Virus record (IMG/VR): IMGVR_UViG_3300049215_000844
Direction: 5' to 3' (one strand)
Length of the DNA: 20,000 nt
From: an uncultured virus (IMG/VR IMGVR_UViG_3300049215_000844)
Lineage: Duplodnaviria; Heunggongvirae; Uroviricota; Caudoviricetes
Shown here in pieces: positions 16,685 through 20,000 of the stretch. The notes beneath the pieces are model-generated. The model did no database searches and had not been told where the DNA came from. It was given only the letters and a program-made list of their open reading frames with translations. Both the position numbers and the translations under genes were made by a program. Within the stretch, counting starts at the first letter, position 1. Each line of letters starts with the position of its first letter.

Positions 16685-17563
16685 ATGATCGGCCTTTCGG
16701 CGGCGGCGAACGCCTTCTTTCGCCATGTCTATTCCTATGTCGCCGGCGCCATGACGGTACTGGGCATCATGGGCGTCTCGCCCGACATGCAGCAGCAGAT
16801 CGTGGCGTCGGTCCACCAGATCGGCGACGGCGTTTCATCGATCCTCGCCGGCGTCATGCCACTCGTGTCGCTGGCCGCGGCGCTCTACGCCCGCTGGACC
16901 GCCAAGCCCGACCAGCAGGTCGCGGCCGTGCGGGCCATTCCCGGCGTTGCGGTGGTGGCACAGGGCTCGGCTGATGCTCCTTCGCCGGCGGCGGCCGCCA
17001 AGCTGCAGAGTCATTGGGTTGTCGGCTTGCTGGCGCTCGCCGCTCTCGCCGCGCTGTTCGGTGGCGCCCGGGCGCCCGATGTGCTCGGCGTCATGGTATT
17101 GCCGGGACTGCTCTTCCTGCTCGCCGTCGCGCTGCTCTCGCGCCTGGCGCCGAGCTCGAGGCCGCGCGTCACACTGCGCAGCCATTGGTCGATCGCCACA
17201 GTCGCTCTCGGCCTGGTGCTCGTCGCCGGCCCGCTGGGCGGCTGCACGATCACCGCGGCGAACGGCGACCAGGTCGTCCTGACGCCGCAGAACGCACTGC
17301 CTCTGGTCGTCGATCAGATCAAACAGGGATGCGCGGCCTACGATGCCAACAAGGTCACGGCCGATGCCCTCGCCGACGTCGCGACCAACGCAATCAACAA
17401 CGCCGCGGTGACAGGCGCCACCAAGACGGTGCGCCAGATCGCCACCGACGCATGTCCGCTCATCGAAGCGGTGGTCAAGGAAACGACGACGCCGGCCGCG
17501 CCGGCGGCGTCGAGCTCGACCCCGCCCACGGCGGCGCCGGCGAGCTCGAGCGCAGGCAACTGA
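16685..17563 (+). CDS. Multi-TM holin-like protein fused to a C-terminal lipoprotein-like domain
   Basis: RBS GGAG. N-terminal holin-like unit 'FFRHVYSYVAGAMTVLGIMG...GVMPLVSLAAALYARW', three further hydrophobic segments, lipobox-like LGGC at residues 184-187, then a soluble helical domain with two Cys and an Ala/Ser/Pro tail. Confidence 0.6.
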   Translation: MIGLSAAANAFFRHVYSYVAGAMTVLGIMGVSPDMQQQIVASVHQIGDGVSSILAGVMPLVSLAAALYARWTAKPDQQVAAVRAIPGVAVVAQGSADAPSPAAAAKLQSHWVVGLLALAALAALFGGARAPDVLGVMVLPGLLFLLAVALLSRLAPSSRPRVTLRSHWSIATVALGLVLVAGPLGGCTITAANGDQVVLTPQNALPLVVDQIKQGCAAYDANKVTADALADVATNAINNAAVTGATKTVRQIATDACPLIEAVVKETTTPAAPAASSSTPPTAAPASSSAGN

Positions 17564-17817
17564 TGGGCGCCGGCCTCGCGGCCCTGCTCGGCGGCCTTTT
17601 CCTCAAGCTCGCCGGCAGCGTGCTGCCGGACGTGCTCAAGGCCGCGCTGCTCAAGCTGGTCGACAACGCCGGCAGCAAGCCGGCGCCGAGCGCTGCCGAC
17701 CAGAAGAATGTCGACCAGGCGGCCGCGATCGCCGCGGCCGATCGACTCCAGAAAGCGGAGGCAAGGCCTCATGACGACGACACGACGAGTGCTGATCTTC
17801 GCTCTGGCCGCTTCTAG
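17563..17817 (+). CDS. Putative inner-membrane spanin (Rz-like)
   Basis: ATG 17563 overlaps the preceding stop (TGATG); 84 aa. N-terminal hydrophobic anchor, Ala-rich helix, ends 'LRSGRF'; overlapped at its 3' end by a lipoprotein gene. Confidence 0.65.
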   Translation: MGAGLAALLGGLFLKLAGSVLPDVLKAALLKLVDNAGSKPAPSAADQKNVDQAAAIAAADRLQKAEARPHDDDTTSADLRSGRF

Positions 17818-18061
17818 CCTGGCCCTGGGCGCCTGCTCGAGCGCACCGCCTTCGCCGACGCCGGCGCCGGTGGTCGAGGCGCCATACCCCGTCGAATACA
17901 CCTGCGCGCAGCAACGCCAGGCCGGCCGCGAGTTCGATGCGCTGCCGCCGCGCGCCATGCTGCGCCTCCTGGTCGACGACTACGGCCAGGAGCGCAAGGC
18001 GCTGCGTGCCCTCCACAACCAGGCGGATCCTCCGCCGTGTCCACCGGAGCCTTCCTCCTGA
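17771..18061 (+). CDS. Putative outer-membrane spanin lipoprotein (Rz1-like)
   Basis: GGAGG at 17757-17761 then ATG 17771; 96 aa. MTTTRRVLIFALAASSLALGA|C lipobox, Pro-rich linker, 'VEYT..QQ.QA..E...L......L..DYG..R...RA'; 47-nt overlap with the i-spanin candidate. Confidence 0.75.
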   Translation: MTTTRRVLIFALAASSLALGACSSAPPSPTPAPVVEAPYPVEYTCAQQRQAGREFDALPPRAMLRLLVDDYGQERKALRALHNQADPPPCPPEPSS

Positions 18062-18693
18062 GCCTGCTCGCTTCCGACCTGGCGCGGGCCGCTCTCTGCC
18101 GCCAGTCCTATGACGAATCGCGCGCGCCACGATGGCAAACGCCCGGTCTGTGCCATGCCTTCCTCGATCGCGATCCCGACGGGACCGCAATCGTCACCTT
18201 CCGTGGGACGGTGATCAAGGATGCCGGCGACTGGTGGACCGACTTGCGCCAGCTGCCGATGCACCTGGACCCGGCCTTCGGGCCGCTGCCTGGAGGCTTC
18301 GGCTCGGCCGTGCTGTCGGTATTGCTGCGCATCTTCCGCGAGCTCGACGGCAGGACCGTCGTGGGTTTCAACGGCCACTCCATGGGCGGCGCCAATGCCC
18401 TGATCGCGGCGGCGCTGTGGAAGCACTCGGGCGGCAATCTCGGGCGCGTCACGGCCTTCGAGCCGCCCCATGTCGGCCGGCTGGGTGGCCTGCTCGAGAA
18501 TGAGGAGGTGCTGGCGACCCGGGTCGGTATCGACCCCGTGCCCGAAGTGCCGATCCTGCCGCCGTTCCATTGTCATCCGGTGCCGATCACCGTGCTGCCG
18601 AACCTTGCGCGCTGGTCGGCGATCGGCTGCCACGAGATCGCCAACGTGATCTTGGCTCTCACGGCTGCGCTCGCAGCACCGGCTGCGGCATAG
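18037..18693 (+). CDS. Class-3 lipase-like alpha/beta hydrolase
   Basis: 'VTFRGT' oxyanion/lid motif, 'DWWTDL', nucleophile elbow GHSMGG, 'TAFEPPHVG', catalytic Asp in 'DPVPEVP', His in 'GCHEI'. Start codon uncertain. Confidence 0.85.
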   Translation: MSTGAFLLSLLASDLARAALCRQSYDESRAPRWQTPGLCHAFLDRDPDGTAIVTFRGTVIKDAGDWWTDLRQLPMHLDPAFGPLPGGFGSAVLSVLLRIFRELDGRTVVGFNGHSMGGANALIAAALWKHSGGNLGRVTAFEPPHVGRLGGLLENEEVLATRVGIDPVPEVPILPPFHCHPVPITVLPNLARWSAIGCHEIANVILALTAALAAPAAA

Positions 18694-18700
18694 CGACATC

Positions 18701-18722
18701 GACCCGAACACCGTTCGGGTCC
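18701..18722. repeat. Dispersed palindromic motif, copy 5: GACCCGAAC-ACC-GTTCGGGTCC
   Basis: Perfect 9-bp arms; begins 7 nt after the lipase stop. Confidence 0.85.
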
Positions 18723-18788
18723 ACGAGCTCGCCGGCGATGGAGACGTTGCCGGCGAGATGCCCGTTTTGGGCGTTTCCTCCCTGAACT

Positions 18789-18823
18789 GGGCCGTCCGGT
18801 CAAACGACCGGGCGGCCCTTTTT
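18789..18823 (+). terminator. Rho-independent terminator of the late operon
   Basis: GGGCCGTCCGGTC-AAAC-GACCGGGCGGCCC forms a 13-bp stem (one G-U) followed by TTTTT; it lies between convergent genes. Confidence 0.88.
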
Positions 18824-18828
18824 CGTGC

Positions 18829-19671
18829 CTATCGGCCGGTGCAGGCGGCGTAGCTCTCGTTCAGGTAGCGGGCGAGGCGGAGACCGCCCAGCGTCAACTG
18901 GCGATCGAGGATCGGCCGCGCCACTCGGTAATAGGCGTCGTCGACCACGCGATCCGCTGGCAGGGCATGCCATACGGTTTGCGCGGCCGCATGCGTCTCC
19001 TCGGCCCATTCGCGCGGGCCACCCGTACCAGGATCGACGGCCTGCCGCGCGAGATCCGCACTAAGCAGGTCGACATAGGCACCCCACGACCAGGCGGTGG
19101 CCTGGATCAGGCCGGTGTCCCAGAGCGCGTGGAAGTTCGTGTGAAAATGCCGGACGCCGCAGGCATGGCCACCGCAGCTCTTGCCGCCGGCCATCCTGAC
19201 CTCGACCTGGATGCCGTTGCCGCCGCTTTGCTCGAGCACGGTATGCAGCGGCTGGTGAATGTCGCCGACCAGGTGGACGGCGAAGCGCACGGCGACCCAT
19301 CGAACGGCCGTCGCAGGCGCGCAGAGTTCCTTCTTGAGACGCTCGAGCTCGGCCACGACGCAGTCTCCCTTCGGGCCCTCGCGACAGTCGCGCGCGGGAT
19401 CGTAGCGATCGCTGTCGATCGGCATGTCGACGAAGTGCCAATGGGCAGTTTGCGGCAGCGCGTCACGCTCGTCGTCGGCCCAGCTCGAGATCGAGGCCAG
19501 CGAGTGGCCGGGTCCGATGGCCCGCGCCACTTCGGCCGCAGCGGCGGCCGAGAGCCTGCGCTGGGCTATTTCGGCGATGATCGAATGGCCTTCCTGGCCC
19601 CACGCCCAGGCTTCGGTCGACGTCATCGTCAGGAGGAGAAGGCCGGCGAAGCGGGCGATCGTGCGGTGCAT
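18829..19671 (-). CDS. Secreted S1/P1 nuclease
   Basis: Signal peptide ending AWA|WGQEGH (Trp1/His6 metal ligands), 'WADD', 'WHFVD', 'HLVGDIHQPLH', 'GGN', 'NFHALWD', 'QL..GG.RLA..LN'; RBS AGGAGA. Confidence 0.95.
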   Translation of the reverse strand: MHRTIARFAGLLLLTMTSTEAWAWGQEGHSIIAEIAQRRLSAAAAAEVARAIGPGHSLASISSWADDERDALPQTAHWHFVDMPIDSDRYDPARDCREGPKGDCVVAELERLKKELCAPATAVRWVAVRFAVHLVGDIHQPLHTVLEQSGGNGIQVEVRMAGGKSCGGHACGVRHFHTNFHALWDTGLIQATAWSWGAYVDLLSADLARQAVDPGTGGPREWAEETHAAAQTVWHALPADRVVDDAYYRVARPILDRQLTLGGLRLARYLNESYAACTGR

Positions 19672-19730
19672 GGGGTGTTCTCCTAAGCATCATGCCATGG
19701 GCCCCGTCGCCGGTCTCCATCAACGGCAAC

Positions 19731-20000
19731 TCAGAATTCCGGGCCGCCGAAAGGTCGTTCGACAAACTTCTCGCGATCGGCCAGGTCGAGGAATATCCAG
19801 AGCTGCACGTCGCGGCCGCCGCAGGAGGTGCAGCGGAAGTGGAGCGTCGCGAGCCTGGTCATGTCACCGCGCAGATCTGCGAAGGACGCAGCGTCGTTAA
19901 AGGCGAGCGCTCGCCGGCCGCAGCCCTGGCACTCGACGCCGAGCGGCTGTCCGCTGTTGTGAAGGCAGATCTTGTTGTCCCTTGAATCCACGTGGCGCAT
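19731..20000 (-). CDS. Small zinc-ribbon protein of unknown function (may extend past the window edge)
   Basis: Two CxxC pairs (VECQGCGR and FRCTSCGGRDV). The ATG falls exactly at the window end, so the start cannot be verified. Confidence 0.7.
   Translation of the reverse strand: MRHVDSRDNKICLHNSGQPLGVECQGCGRRALAFNDAASFADLRGDMTRLATLHFRCTSCGGRDVQLWIFLDLADREKFVERPFGGPEF

Larger units (their letters stand above)
1..18823 (+). mobile_element. Late operon of a temperate phage/prophage with a Mu/SfV-like contractile tail; extends beyond the left edge, right boundary not seen
   Basis: Co-directional, tightly packed genes (several ATGA/TGATG overlaps) in the order neck, sheath, tube, chaperone, tape measure, baseplate, fibre, lysis, ending at a terminator. 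No integrase or att site is in the window. Confidence 0.93.

Noticed and set aside
17485..17560. Repeated APA(A)SSS in the C-terminus of the holin-lipoprotein
   Set aside because: Low-complexity disordered tail; not evidence of a separate element.
7193..17770. ORF-track starts at 7193, 8353, 9948, 12310, 17014 and 17708
   Set aside because: The upstream extensions overlap real genes. Coupled or RBS-supported starts are 8036, 8530, 10185, 12379, 17563 and 17771.
2920..18722. Dispersed motif read as a LexA/SOS box or CRISPR repeat
   Set aside because: The spacer is 3 nt rather than the 4 nt of the Gram-positive box, and it is not the GTTC-N7-GTTC alphaproteobacterial box. Copies are kilobases apart, with no spacer array or cas genes.
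3735..19304. Partial motif matches (near 3737, 6846, 12796, 15401, 19301)
   Set aside because: Each has two or more mismatches in the core or only one arm, which is expected by chance; not counted as copies.

Overview
The window is the late (morphogenesis and lysis) operon of a temperate myovirus or prophage in a GC-rich bacterium, probably an alphaproteobacterium (inferred). On the + strand it runs: lambda-FII-like head closure, tail terminator, DUF2635/Mu gp38-like protein, sheath, tube, tail assembly chaperone with a P2-type -1 frameshift, tape measure, Mu gpN-like protein, Mu gp44/45/46/47/48-like baseplate, tail fibre and fibre chaperone. Next is a 1018-aa tailspike-like protein, followed by a six-gene lysis-region cassette (small membrane protein, amidase endolysin, holin-lipoprotein fusion, i-spanin, o-spanin, class-3 lipase) and a hairpin-rich 3' region ending in a terminator. 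A secreted S1/P1 nuclease and a small Zn-ribbon protein converge from the - strand. Three things stand out. (1) A palindromic motif, CCGAAC-RCC-GTTCG(GGTCC), recurs five times through the operon, in both orientations, both between genes and inside two genes, which suggests an undescribed operator/stoperator-like system. (2) The tailspike-like protein has a classical Sec signal peptide and 18 cysteines, many closely paired, so it looks like an exported, disulfide-bonded tailspike/depolymerase. (3) A holin-like protein carries a duplicated L[QR]SHW-hydrophobic unit and an internal lipobox. All family calls come from motif recognition and gene order; no searches were run.
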